Source: Alphaproteobacteria bacterium (GTDB lineage Bacteria; Pseudomonadota; Alphaproteobacteria; Bin95). From it: a stretch of DNA of 64,000 nucleotides. A model generated the notes under the pieces. It did no database searches. It saw only the letters and a list, made by a program, of their open reading frames with translations, and had not been told where the DNA came from. The stretch is taken from positions 104,274 to 168,273 of the forward strand of contig CBDBIS010000001.1 of NCBI GenBank assembly GCA_965206075.1, written 5' to 3'. The position numbers were made by a program, and so were the translations under genes. This document shows, one piece after another, positions 34,981-45,274 of this stretch (positions within the stretch are counted from its first letter, which is position 1; the number at the start of each line of letters is the position of its first letter).

Positions 34981-37969
34981 TCACATCTCCATCTCGATCC
35001 CGCGCGATCCCCGGGACTTGTCCGGTTCGGCGGTCCGTTCTTGCTCCGGCGCCTTCTCCCGTTCCGGCTCCCGGCTCCTGTCGGCCGACTCGTCCCGGGT
35101 TCCGGCGGGCCGCTCCAGCAATGCCTCCAGCCCGCGCTCGCGTTCCTTCTCGCCGCCGCGCGTCTTCTCTTCCGCGAGCGCCTTCTCCGCCGCGCCGATC
35201 CCTTCGAGCGCCGATATCCGCTCGCCGGTCGCCGCCTCCAGGGTCTCGCGCAGTTCCTTCGCATCGTCGGTGACCAGCTCGGCGCTGTGCCGGGCCCGGC
35301 TGATCTCGACGTAGAAGCTCTTCTGCGTCGACAGTTTCGGGTGTTTCGCCTCCATCGCCGCGATCACGTTGTCGACCGTGCGCCCCTGAAACGCATGCAC
35401 GGTGGAAGCCCAGGCATGGTCGAGATGGCGGAGTTGGGGATCGTTCTTGCCGAGCTCCAGCATCCGCCCGTCGCCGAGCCGGAAGGCGACGCGGTCGCCC
35501 CGGACCCCGCATGACCTCCGCCGTATCGCTGTTCACCAAGCCCAGCCCGGTGTCGTTGCGGGTCCAGCGGATGCGGTCCCCGGCGCGCAGCTCCATCGAT
35601 TCCGTCCGGTAGACCTCGACCGCGCCGCGCTTCCCGCCGACCTGGCGCGGCCTCCAGGAGACGGATTGTCCGTCCGGCCCCTCCAGCATTACCGTGCCCT
35701 TCCGGTGATCGACCCCTGACACGCGGCGTTCGTCGCCCTTCGCGACGCCAAGGCTCTTGTAGTCGCGGTGGAAGGCGACGACGTCGCCGGGGGAATAGTT
35801 GCCTGCAACCGTCTTCTCGGCGCTGGTATAGCCGTGGGAGACCAGCCGTTCGGCCTCGAAGGCGGGGCCGCGGATGGCGCCGTCGCGGGCGAGGCGCTCG
35901 CGGATGTGGCCGTTAATCGCGGTGCGCAGCGCATGGCTCGGGGCCATCAGCCCGGTGTTCTCTCGCTCCCGTGGTGAGAGTTTCAGCCAGCGCGCGGCGG
36001 CCGCACCGGCAAGGTTGTCGGGATTGACCTCGGCGATGCGGTCGCCGAGCTTGCCGAAGGCCCTGCCGATTTCGCCCGCGAGGCTCGCGCGCACCGCCTC
36101 CTTCAGTTCGGCGTCCTTCTGGCGCAGGATCTCGTCCATCACCGCCGTCTTCATGCCGGCGGCCTGGAGCTGGGCGAAGGGCTTGCCGGCATCGACCGCG
36201 TCGAGCTGCTTCCGGTCGCCCACCAGCACCACGCGGGGGATGCGGATGGCGGCGGCGATTCTCAACAGGTCCCGGGCCTGGACGGTCGAGGCGAGGGAAC
36301 CCTCGTCGACCACCAGCACGGTCTTCCGGAATGCGGCGCGCATCTCCCGCGCGCCCTTCCGGGTCAGCCGACCCTCGGCAACGCCCGCATTGCGGGCGAG
36401 GAATCTTTGCAGGGTCTCGGTCTCGATCCCGGCTTCCGATGCAAGGGTGCGCGCCGCCGAGGCGGACGGCGCGACGCCGATCGTGCGGTATCCACTCTTC
36501 GCCGCGAGCTGCCGGGCGCGGGCGAGCATGGTGGTCTTGCCGGTGCCGGCATAGCCCTGCACGCCCACCACCCGGTCCTTGGAGGACAGGATCGTCTTGA
36601 CCGCCTCCTTCTGGCCCACGGTGAGGCGGCCGTTGTGCAGCAGCGGCCCGGCGATCCAGCTCCGCATGACGGGGCGCGCGGCGCCCCGGCCGCGTTCCAT
36701 CAGCGCGACGGTCTCCTTCTCGTCGGCGACGGCCTTGTCGGTGGTGAGCGACTCGCCCCATGCCGGCAGGCCGCAGGGATGCAGCGTGCCCTCCTTCTCC
36801 AGCCGTGCGACTGCGGCCTCGGCTTCTCCGATGGTCACCGATCCCGGTTTCCACGCCAGCGCGGCGGCGAGCAGGTCGGTCTTCGCGAACACCGCCTCGC
36901 GTTCGGACAGGTGCTCCACCGCCCAGGCCATGGCGGCATCCGCCGGGGATTGCGGCGGAGGATCGAACAGGTCGCCCTGGCGAGCCGCCGACCCGTCAGA
37001 TGCACCGTTCCTGCCAACCCCGCGATCCTTTCCCGGAGCGTCCTGGCTCTTCTCTACCGCATCGGCCGCGAGCGCCCTGGCGTCGAACCCGAGCCCGTCC
37101 GCCTGGCGCTGCCACATCTCCCGCAGTTCGGCACGGTCGACGTCGCGCTTCGCCGCCCGGGTCATCAGCGCCGCGCGCTGGGCGGCGCGCTGGTTCTCCG
37201 CCGGCGTCCCCAGGCCGCGCCCGTCCATCGCCGCCTCGATCTCCGCGCGGCGGGTGGAAAAGGCGTCGATGATTTCGCGGGAAACGCCCGCGATCTCGAA
37301 CCGCCCGTCGGCATGGGCCTTTTCGATGCCGTAGCCGAGCGAGGTCAGCTCCCGCGCGAGCTCGCCCCGGTAGAGCGCGCCGATCAGCATCTTCGAGGAA
37401 TACAGCTTCTCGTTGGCCATGGTGCGCCACTTGCCGTCTTCGCCCTGCACCATGTTGGCGATCACCGCGTGGGTGTGGAGCTGCGGGTCGAGATTGCGCG
37501 AGGTCTCGTGGGTGAAGGTGGCGATCACCGCCTTCTGGTCCCCGGCGCGGACCATGCGACCGCCGTCGGGATGCTTCATCCGGGTCTCGATCACCCGTTC
37601 CTCGACCCAGGCAAGCGTTCGCTCCACCGCCCGGCCGTGGGCCTCCGCGACGCGGGCGTCGCCGCCGACCAGCGCGGCGAGGGAGATGGATTTCGGGGCC
37701 GACAGGGTGAGGTCGCGGCCGGGACGGTGGACGATCTCCCCGTCCTTGCCGGGGCGCCCGAGCTGCGGCCCGTCCGGAACCCGGCCCTCGAGGATCGCGG
37801 TGAAGACGTCCGGATCGACCGGGCCGGACAGGCCGAGCGCGTCGGCGCCCTTGCCCGTCCAGGCGCTGGCGGCGCGATGATCGGGATCGTCCCTGGCGTA
37901 ATAGCCGTCCCGTTCGTAGTAGCTGACGCCCTGGGATGGCGCGGCGATGGCGCCGATCGAGGCGACCAT
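34981..37969 (-). pseudogene. traA: conjugative relaxase TraA (MobF/TrwC relaxase + RecD-like helicase), interrupted by a +1 frameshift in a G-run near 35497
   Basis: N-terminal TrwC relaxase ('YYERDGYY', 'HETSRNLDPQLHTHAVIAN'). Helicase Walker A 'GYAGTGKTT', 'VLVVDEGSLA', 'VLVGDRKQL'. Frame A ends in junk after 'NSDTAEVM'. The true C-terminus ('RVRGDRVAFRLGDGRMLELGKNDPQLRHLDHAWASTVHAFQGRTVDNVIAA...') continues in ORF 34981..35463. Deleting one G in 'atgcggggtcc' restores the frame. Confidence 0.8.
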
Positions 37970-38766
37970 CAGAAGAATTGCTGGCCCAGCTCGCGCCTGG
38001 GCACGATCGCCTCGCCCTCGGCCGGCTCTTCGGCCTCCGTCGTGTCCGGCCGGCTTTCTGGATCGGCGGGGGCCGGGTTCGCCGGAACCGCGACACCGGC
38101 GCTCCGGGCGCTTTCCGCCGACGGCAGGCCCGGCGCTTCCGTCCGCTCCAACAGCTCGCCGTCGGTCACCATAGGCTTCGCGCCGTCCGGCTCCGGGAGG
38201 TCGATGAATCCTGGACGTCGCCTGCCGCCGAGCAACGTCAGGAGGCGTTCGAGCTCCGCCGGAGACACCACCAGCAGCGCGACCCGCGCGCGCAGGCCGG
38301 GACGGACCCACTCGGCGACGCGCCCCGCCGGCCCCGGTGCCGCCAAATGCCGATGGGGATATTCCACCGGCTCCAGCGCCGTCCCGGACCGGCCGCGCCG
38401 CCCATGGCCCGCGGCCCCGAGCAGCATCAGGCAGAACACCGTCCCGCCGGCGCCGGCGCCCAGCATGACGCCGTCTCCGATCGCCGCCAGGATGCGCCGC
38501 CGCGCCTCCACCGCCGACGGGAATTGGGCAACCGCCGCTCGAATGATGTTCCAGACGTCGCCGTCCGCCCTGCGGTATGCAACGGTCGTGTACTCGCTGA
38601 AACCGACGGCCAGCATGGCCTCCGCAACCGTCAGCTTCCGGGCCGCGTACCAGTCATGACCGGCGGTCCCACGCGCCAGCAGGATGACCGGCGCCGCCAG
38701 CGTCATTGCGGCGACGCCGAGCAGCCCCAGCCGGATCATGCGGCGCGGCCATCGCGCGCCCGACAT
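37969..38766 (-). CDS. hypothetical membrane protein (265 aa) upstream of and overlapping the traA start
   Basis: Two to three predicted TM segments ('IRLGLLGVAAMTLAAPVILLA', 'TVFCLMLLGAAG'). Stop overlaps the traA ATG (TGATG). Confidence 0.5.
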   Translation of the reverse strand: MSGARWPRRMIRLGLLGVAAMTLAAPVILLARGTAGHDWYAARKLTVAEAMLAVGFSEYTTVAYRRADGDVWNIIRAAVAQFPSAVEARRRILAAIGDGVMLGAGAGGTVFCLMLLGAAGHGRRGRSGTALEPVEYPHRHLAAPGPAGRVAEWVRPGLRARVALLVVSPAELERLLTLLGGRRRPGFIDLPEPDGAKPMVTDGELLERTEAPGLPSAESARSAGVAVPANPAPADPESRPDTTEAEEPAEGEAIVPRRELGQQFF

Positions 38767-38799
38767 GTCAACCGGCCCAGGGGCCGGAGACGCCCGAAC

Positions 38800-39534
38800 T
38801 CACGGCGATGCCTGAGGAGCGGCCACGCGCCTGCGCGGACGGCAGCGCCCGGCGTCCCACGCGTCCAGATCCGTCTCCCGGTAACGCACGCAGCCCCCGA
38901 GACGGTAGTACCGCGGCCCGGCCCCGGTGCACCGGTAGGTATCGAGGGTGCGCGGGGAAAGCCCCAGCCGCTCCGCCGCCTCGCGGGTGTCGACATATGC
39001 CGAGTCTTCGCCGCAGGGCGGCGGCATCCCGTCCTCGGAGCCGTTCGCCGGAGAACGGGCAGGGGGTTCCGGCGGCAGTTTGGCGCCGGTCAGGAAGCGC
39101 GGCATCGCGCCGGTCCGGGCGCGAATCTGCCGCCATTCCCCGGCGCTCGCGTGAGACGCCATCCAGGTGCGCACGTCCCTCACGGTCGCCAGGGTGGGCG
39201 ACAGGCCCTTGCGCAGCTGCGCGACGAAGGACGGATTGCCCGTCGCCCCGAAACCGAGCATGGAGCGCTTGATTCCGGTCACCGCGAGGAAGGCCTCGAC
39301 CTCCTCAAGGAAAGTCGGGCCGGCCGGTGGCTCGCCCATGACGGCGAGCACGCTGTCCACCGTCCTGAGCCGGGGATTGCGGCCGCCGCGCAGCGAGGGG
39401 ACGAAGTCCCGGTCGCGCAGCGCAACCGCGCCCAGCGCCCCGGCGCTCATGCCGTTACGCGAACACCAGGCCTCGATCGCCTGTCGAAATCGGGCAACCA
39501 GACTACCGGTCGGGACTGCGTCCATGGCGTTCAT
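38800..39534 (-). CDS. HTH_17 (excisionase/MerR-type) DNA-binding protein
   Basis: C-terminal 'YVDTREAAERLGLSPRTLDTYRCTGAGPRYYRLGGCVRYRETDLDAW' fits the excisionase-type HTH pattern. Start at internal ATG 'MNAMDAV'. Confidence 0.6.
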   Translation of the reverse strand: MNAMDAVPTGSLVARFRQAIEAWCSRNGMSAGALGAVALRDRDFVPSLRGGRNPRLRTVDSVLAVMGEPPAGPTFLEEVEAFLAVTGIKRSMLGFGATGNPSFVAQLRKGLSPTLATVRDVRTWMASHASAGEWRQIRARTGAMPRFLTGAKLPPEPPARSPANGSEDGMPPPCGEDSAYVDTREAAERLGLSPRTLDTYRCTGAGPRYYRLGGCVRYRETDLDAWDAGRCRPRRRVAAPQASP

Positions 39535-39581
39535 GCAGGAAAAGATAGGGGACGCGGAAGGCCCCGCAAGCCGGTTTCGGT

Positions 39582-40154
39582 ATGGGAATTCCGGCGGTTC
39601 GCAGTCCTGGCCTTGCGAGGCTCCGCAAGGCGCCGCAGGGCGGCAATTTTTTTGTAGGGTGTGCTGCACTCGACGTGGCGACGGGCGCGGTCATCGCACG
39701 GTGCAAGAAGCGGCACCGGGCCCGCGAGTTCCGTGCCTTCCTGGACGAGGTGGAGCGGAACGTGCCCACCGACCTCGACGTCCATGTCGTCATGGACAAC
39801 GCATCGAGCCACAAGACCAAGTCGATCCGCGACCGGTTCGCCGAGCGTCCGCGCTGGCATCCGCACTTCACCCCGACCTCCGCCTCATGGCTCAACCAGG
39901 TCGAGCGCTTTTTCGCTCTCCTGACCGAATGGCAGATCAAGCGCGGTGTCCACCGCTCCACCGCCGACCTTGAAGCCGCCATCGGGCGCCATATCGAAAC
40001 TTGTAACCGCGAGCCCAGACCCTTCCGATGGACAAAGTCCGCAGACGACATCCTCGCCTCCATCGAACGGTTCTGCCGCAGAACCCTCAACATCCACAGC
40101 AAAACTGCGTGGAAACTTCCGAATCAGGACACTAGTCATATGGAACTGAAGTAG
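39582..40154 (+). pseudogene. IS630-family transposase, 5'-truncated remnant (DDE domain only)
   Basis: Aligns to the C-terminal 190 aa of the full IS630 transposase at 40196..41305 ('DVHVVMDNASSHKT...[16 protein letters not shown]...[12 protein letters not shown]'). Lacks the N-terminal HTH. Confidence 0.75.
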
Positions 40155-41320
40155 ATTTCATTATAAATGGCCTCCGGCATTGGACGCTGGAGGGTTTGGC
40201 GATGGCGCGTGGTTCGGGTCGGCCGGTAGCGGCGGTGGTTCTGAGCGATGAAGAGCGGTCTTTTCTTGAGCGCCAGGCGCGACGCCGCCGGGTGGCACGC
40301 TCGATGTCGGAGCGTTGCCGCATGATCCTGCGTTGCGCCGACGGCCCGGCGAACAAGGTGGTTGCTGCGGAGCTTGGCGTGCACGAGCACACGGTCGGCA
40401 AGTGGCGCCGCCGCTTCGTGAAGGCACGCCTTCACGGCCTGTCGGACGAGCCTCGGCCGGGCCGGCCGCGCAGCCTGACGGACGACAAGGTGGCCGAGGT
40501 CATCGAGCGGACACTCCATACGACCCCGCCGGACGCCACCCATTGGTCGATCCGCTCGATGGGCAGGGAGACCGGGCTGTCGCACACGACGATCCGGCGC
40601 ATCTGGACGGCGTTTGGATTGCAGCCGCATCGGGCGCAGACGTTCAAGCTCTCCAGCGATCCGCTGTTCGTGGACAGGGTCCGCGACATCGTCGGGCTCT
40701 ATCTCTCGCCGCCGGACCGCGCCCTGGTGCTTTGTGTCGATGAGAAGAGCCAGATCCAGGCGCTCGACCGCACGCAGCCTGTCCTGCCGATGCTGCCGGG
40801 CATGCCCGAACGACGCACACACGACTACAAGCGGCACGGCACCACCTCGCTGTTTGCCGCCCTCGATGTCGCCACCGGCTTCGTCATCGGCAAATGCTAC
40901 CGGCGCCACAGGGCCAGGGAGTTCCTCGACTTCCTGAAGCAGATCGACCGCTGTGTTCCCGTAGGCCTCGACGTCCACATCGTCATGGACAACTACGCCA
41001 CCCACAAGACCGCGGCGGTCAGGGCATGGCTGGCGCGAAGGCCGCACTGGCATGTCCACTTCACGCCGACCTCAGCCTCCTGGATCAATCAGGTCGAGCG
41101 ATGGTTCGCTGAACTGACGCGCAAGCAACTGCAGCGCGGCGTGCATAACTCGACCCATAAACTCGAAGCCGACATTCGCGCCTTCATCGACAAGCACAAC
41201 CAAGACCCAAAGCCCTTCAAATGGACCAAGTCAGCCGACGATATCCTCGCCGCCGTCAAACGATTCTGCCTCCGCGTCGAACAAAACCTATGCCACGAAC
41301 TTTAGATTCACGTGACTAGG
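40155..41320 (+). mobile_element. IS630-family insertion sequence (boundaries approximate)
   Basis: Carries a complete 369-aa IS630/Tc1-mariner transposase. Abuts the truncated IS630 remnant. Terminal inverted repeats not resolved by eye. Confidence 0.6.
40196..41305 (+). CDS. IS630-family transposase (complete)
   Basis: N-terminal HTH ('[36 protein letters not shown]') and DDE domain ('[12 protein letters not shown]...[13 protein letters not shown]...[16 protein letters not shown]'). Confidence 0.9.
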   Translation: MAMARGSGRPVAAVVLSDEERSFLERQARRRRVARSMSERCRMILRCADGPANKVVAAELGVHEHTVGKWRRRFVKARLHGLSDEPRPGRPRSLTDDKVAEVIERTLHTTPPDATHWSIRSMGRETGLSHTTIRRIWTAFGLQPHRAQTFKLSSDPLFVDRVRDIVGLYLSPPDRALVLCVDEKSQIQALDRTQPVLPMLPGMPERRTHDYKRHGTTSLFAALDVATGFVIGKCYRRHRAREFLDFLKQIDRCVPVGLDVHIVMDNYATHKTAAVRAWLARRPHWHVHFTPTSASWINQVERWFAELTRKQLQRGVHNSTHKLEADIRAFIDKHNQDPKPFKWTKSADDILAAVKRFCLRVEQNLCHEL

Positions 41321-41884
41321 ATCAGCGACTATGCGCACATGTCGACCGCCACCGACAACGGGATGAGAACGCCGATATCTTGGCCGTCGTCGAAGCCGAA
41401 AGCCGTCCGATGCTTCATAAAATGAACCGGCCGATCCTTCCACAGGTCGAGGCCAACCAGTATCTCAATGTCATGATCATCGACGGAACTATCAACGCGG
41501 AATCGATTTCGGGATTATGGCCAAAGCCAAACTCAGAGTCCGTTTGAGAATGAACACCACACGGTATTCGGGCCAGCGGCGACCGGGCCGAAGGCGCAAA
41601 AACACCGTCGCCCCGGCCCCCGAGCCGGGGCCTCGCGCCGCTTGGCGGGATGTCGAAGGGTTTGCCGACGCTTCCGGAGGCCCCGGCTCGGGGGCCGGGG
41701 CGACGCAGCGGAGGCAACGCCGCTATGCTCAAACGGTCTCTCAAGCCGACAGGGCGGCTCGAGAACCCCGGAATCGACAAACCCAAAGTGAAAAATTTCG
41801 GGTCGCAACGAATGGGAATTTTACGGTCGCTACCAACAACACTGTGGCTTCGATCCGTCAACGGACAACGGGAGAGCGACAGGC

Positions 41885-43034
41885 ATGAGTGGGCAGGATC
41901 CGTTCGAACGTCTCCTTTCGTCGCTGCACGCGGCGGCGCTCGACGACGGGCTGTGGCCCGCCGCCTCGGCGTCGATCGACGAGGCCTGCGGCTCGAAGGG
42001 CAACATCCTGGTGTCGGGCGACGGCGGGTTCAACGGCGGGGCCGACATCTTCTTCGTCCGAACGCTCTATCGCGGGCAGCGCCGCCCGGAGCTCGAGCGC
42101 GAGTATTTCGAGACCTACCATCCGGTGGACGAGCGGCTGCCGCGGCTGCGGCGGCTGGCCGACAGCCGGATCGTCCATGTGGACGCGCTGTTCACCGGGG
42201 AGGAGAAGAAGGCGTCGCCGGTGTACAACGAGATAATGCCGCGCACCGATACCGGGAACTGCCTGCATGCGCGGCTCGACGGGCCGGACGGCTCGCGCAT
42301 CGTGTGGACGCTCGCCGATCCGGTGGACGCGGAGGGCTGGACCTCGGAGCGGGTCGAAACGGTCGGGCGCCTGCTGCCGCATCTCCGCCACTTCGTGCGG
42401 GTGCGCGAGGCGCTGGTCGAGGCGCGGGCCTTGAGGACGACGATCGACGGGCTGCTCGAGACCGCAGGGATGGCGGTAATCCGTCTCGACCGCAGCGGCG
42501 GGGTGGCGGAGGCGAACGACCGCGCGCGGGCGATCCTGCGCCGGTGCGACGGGCTGCGGGACGAGGACGGGCGCCTGCAAGCGGCGCTCCCCGAAGAGGA
42601 CGACGCGCTTCAGGGGCTGGTGGCGCGCGCGGTGCCGTATGGCTGCGGCGCCCGCGCGGGCGGCTCGATGACGGTGAGCCGGGAGCGCGCGGTATCGCGG
42701 CTGCTGCTGCATGTGAGCCCGGTCGGCGCGGACGGGACGGACGGGATCGGGCCGGACCGGCGCGCTGGTGCTGGCGATCGACCCGGCGGACCGCCTGCGG
42801 CTGGACCCGGACGCCCTGGGGCGGTTCCTCGGCCTCACGCCCACCGAAAGCCACATCGCGGCGTCGCTGGTCGAGGGCATGTCGTTGCACGACATCGCGG
42901 CCGAGACGGGGCGCAGCGTCATCACGGTCAAGTGGCACCTGCGCCGTATCTTCGCCAAGCACCGCCTGTCGCGGCAGTCGGACCTGGTGCGGCTCGCGAT
43001 GTCGATCGCCAACGTCCCCGGAATTCGGCGCTGA
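41885..43034 (+). pseudogene. LuxR-family transcriptional regulator, frameshifted near 42750
   Basis: N-terminal domain in frame 1 (41885..~42750). C-terminal LuxR HTH 'LTPTESHIAASLVEGMSLHDIAAETGRSVITVKWHLRRIFAKHRL' in frame 2 (ORF 42768..43034). Junction is in a GC-rich run ('ccggcgcgctgg'). Confidence 0.65.
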
Positions 43035-43236
43035 CGCGGGCCGCGGCGCGGCGAAGGGAACGGCAACGCCGTCGTCGACCCGGCGCCGTTCGGCGCGGGC
43101 AGGATCGCGATCGAAGGGGTCGGGGGCCTCGGCGCCGCGGAAGTCCGGTTCCGGGCGGAGGGCCGCCCGGCCCGCCGGAGCCGGAGAAGCCGGGCCTCCG
43201 TCCCGTCCGCCGGACAATGGACGACATCGACCGCCG

Positions 43237-44031
43237 TCAGCCTTCCCCGGAAATCCCGCCAAAGTCCCGGCGGCCGCCGTCCGGCCGGTCCGAAGCCGCC
43301 GCCCGTGCCCGGCCGAAGAGCCCGAGGGCCCGGGCGGCGCAGAGCAGGCACAGCCGGAGGTCGAGCCAGGGACCCATCCGGGCGATGTAGAGACTGTCGA
43401 GGCGCAGTTTCCTGCGCGGATCCGAGTCGTAAGCGCCCATCCACTGGGCCAGGCCCGCGATCCCCGGCCGCACGCGCAGCCTCCCGGCAAACCCCGGCGC
43501 CCGACCTTCGAGCCGCGCGGCCAGTTCCGGGCGTTCCGGCCGCGGGCCCACCAGGCTCATCTCGCCCCTCAGGACGTTGACCGCCTGGGGCAGCTCGTCG
43601 AGATGGAACCGGCGCAGCACCTCCCCCGTGCGCGTCACCCGCCGGTCCCGCGCCGAGGCCAGTACGGGCCCGGTGCCGTCCTCCGCGTTTTCCACCATGG
43701 TCCGGAACTTGAGGATGGAGAACACCCTGCCGCCGCGGCCCAGGCGGGGCTGGCGGTAGAACACCCGCCCGCCGTCCTCCAGCCGGATGGCCAGCGCGAT
43801 AACGGCGCCGAGCAGAGCCCACAGCGGCAACAGCGACAGCAGGAAAAAACCGAGAACGGCGAGGTCGAAGGGGCGCTTGTAGCGCTCCCTTGCCGCGAGG
43901 GACGGATCCTTCCCGGCATGCCCTGCATGAATGCCCGTCGCGCCGCCGCCGACCGGACGGCGCGGCGGCGCCCCCTCCGCGCGGGGATGCGCTTCGATCG
44001 TCGGCCCGATGGCCCGATGGCGAATGCTCAT
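43237..44031 (-). CDS. undecaprenyl-phosphate sugar phosphotransferase (bacterial sugar transferase, ExoY/WbaP-like)
   Basis: 'KRPFDLAVLGFFLLSLLPLW...GRVFSILKFRTM...DELPQAVNVLRGEMSLVGPRPERPE' is the PF02397 sugar-transferase signature. Confidence 0.85.
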   Translation of the reverse strand: MSIRHRAIGPTIEAHPRAEGAPPRRPVGGGATGIHAGHAGKDPSLAARERYKRPFDLAVLGFFLLSLLPLWALLGAVIALAIRLEDGGRVFYRQPRLGRGGRVFSILKFRTMVENAEDGTGPVLASARDRRVTRTGEVLRRFHLDELPQAVNVLRGEMSLVGPRPERPELAARLEGRAPGFAGRLRVRPGIAGLAQWMGAYDSDPRRKLRLDSLYIARMGPWLDLRLCLLCAARALGLFGRARAAASDRPDGGRRDFGGISGEG

Positions 44032-44250
44032 GGTTCCTTGCGCCCGCGTATCCGGCCCGTTTTTCCTCTTCCGTCGTCCGGATTCTTCAACTTCTTCGAT
44101 TCTTTCCGTTTCCCGCCGTCTACCTTTTTAAATGCTAGCGGGGAAACAGGTTCGAGTTCAACCCGGTCTCAAGCCGGGCAGCACCGCTGCCCGCGCGGCG
44201 GTTCATTTCCCGCCTCCTTCCGGCAGCGCGGCAAATCCCGGTCCCGCATC

Positions 44251-44270
44251 GTATAGGATCGTATAGGATC
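44251..44270. promoter_or_regulatory. tandem decamer GTATAGGATC x2 in divergent promoter between sugar transferase and sulfotransferase genes
   Basis: Read directly: 'gtataggatcgtataggatc'. An AT-richer island in a GC-rich intergenic region. Confidence 0.3.
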
Positions 44271-44308
44271 GTCGCCCGTACGATTCGAGGCGAGCCGCCG
44301 ACCGTGCC

Positions 44309-45274
44309 ATGAAACCAGCAGACGAAGGCGCCGGAGCCGCCATGAAACCCGGAAATGCCGGAAAAAGCGGCTGCCGGGTCGGGGGCAACCCGGATCCGGG
44401 CGCCGGAGCCGGTCCCGGAGCGCCGTATTACGACTGCCTGCTGGTGGCTGGACCCGGGCGGTCGGGCAGCACCTGGCTCTACCGCGCCCTGAACGCCCAC
44501 CCCGCCTTCTGCGCCCAGGCGGTAAAGGAGGGCCGTTACTACCGCTCGGTCCGCCGTTTCGAGCGTGCGCTCGGCAAGACCGCTGGACGGATACTGCTCG
44601 ACGCCCCCAATCTGGCCTGGCGGGACCCCGGGCTGGAAAACCTCGCCGCGCTCCGGGAGCGGGGCCGCCGCATCCTGGTGGTGGTGCTGCTGCGCCGGCA
44701 CGCGGACCGCGCCGCCTCGGTCATCGCGTTCCGCCGGAGCCGGGTGCTGCCGGCCCTGTTCCCGGGTCCCGGGGGGCTCGAGGGAGCGGCGGTGCGGGAC
44801 AGCCTCGCCCCGGCGGACCTCGAACGCATCCACGCCCTTGGCGTCGACATGCTCACCGTCTCCTTCGAGGCCCTGTCCCGGACCCCCGGCACGGTGCTCG
44901 GGGCCATCGCGGGCGTGGCGGGCATATCCCCGTTCACGGTCCCGCCCCCGGCCGCCGCCAATCCTTCCGTGCGGGCGCGCAGCGCGGTCCTCGCCGCGAC
45001 CGGCAAGCTGGCGGCGGCGGTGCTGCGCGCCGCCGGCTTCCGCCGGCTCCTGCAGCGTCTGAAGGACAGCCCTGCCGCGATGGACTTCTTCTTCGTTCCC
45101 GACCCGGGGGCCGGGCGGGTCCGGCTCGGGGCGGGGGCCGAGGCCTGCCTGGAGCGCCGCTACCGGGACTGCCTGGCTGCCGTGGAGTCGACGGGCGAGC
45201 CGCTGGCGGAAGGCGTCTGGCTCCGCCGCGCCGGCGCGGCGGTTTCCCGCCCCCTGCCCTCCGGAACCGGCTGA
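44309..45274 (+). CDS. sulfotransferase-family protein
   Basis: PAPS-binding 5'-PSB loop 'VAGPGRSGSTWLYRAL'. About 320 aa. Alternative start at 44342. Confidence 0.7.
   Translation: MKPADEGAGAAMKPGNAGKSGCRVGGNPDPGAGAGPGAPYYDCLLVAGPGRSGSTWLYRALNAHPAFCAQAVKEGRYYRSVRRFERALGKTAGRILLDAPNLAWRDPGLENLAALRERGRRILVVVLLRRHADRAASVIAFRRSRVLPALFPGPGGLEGAAVRDSLAPADLERIHALGVDMLTVSFEALSRTPGTVLGAIAGVAGISPFTVPPPAAANPSVRARSAVLAATGKLAAAVLRAAGFRRLLQRLKDSPAAMDFFFVPDPGAGRVRLGAGAEACLERRYRDCLAAVESTGEPLAEGVWLRRAGAAVSRPLPSGTG

Noticed and set aside
34745-35496. C-terminal 250 codons of the 1188-aa traA frame
   Set aside because: After the +1 frameshift the translation becomes Arg/Gly junk. The authentic relaxase C-terminus continues in ORF 34981..35463.
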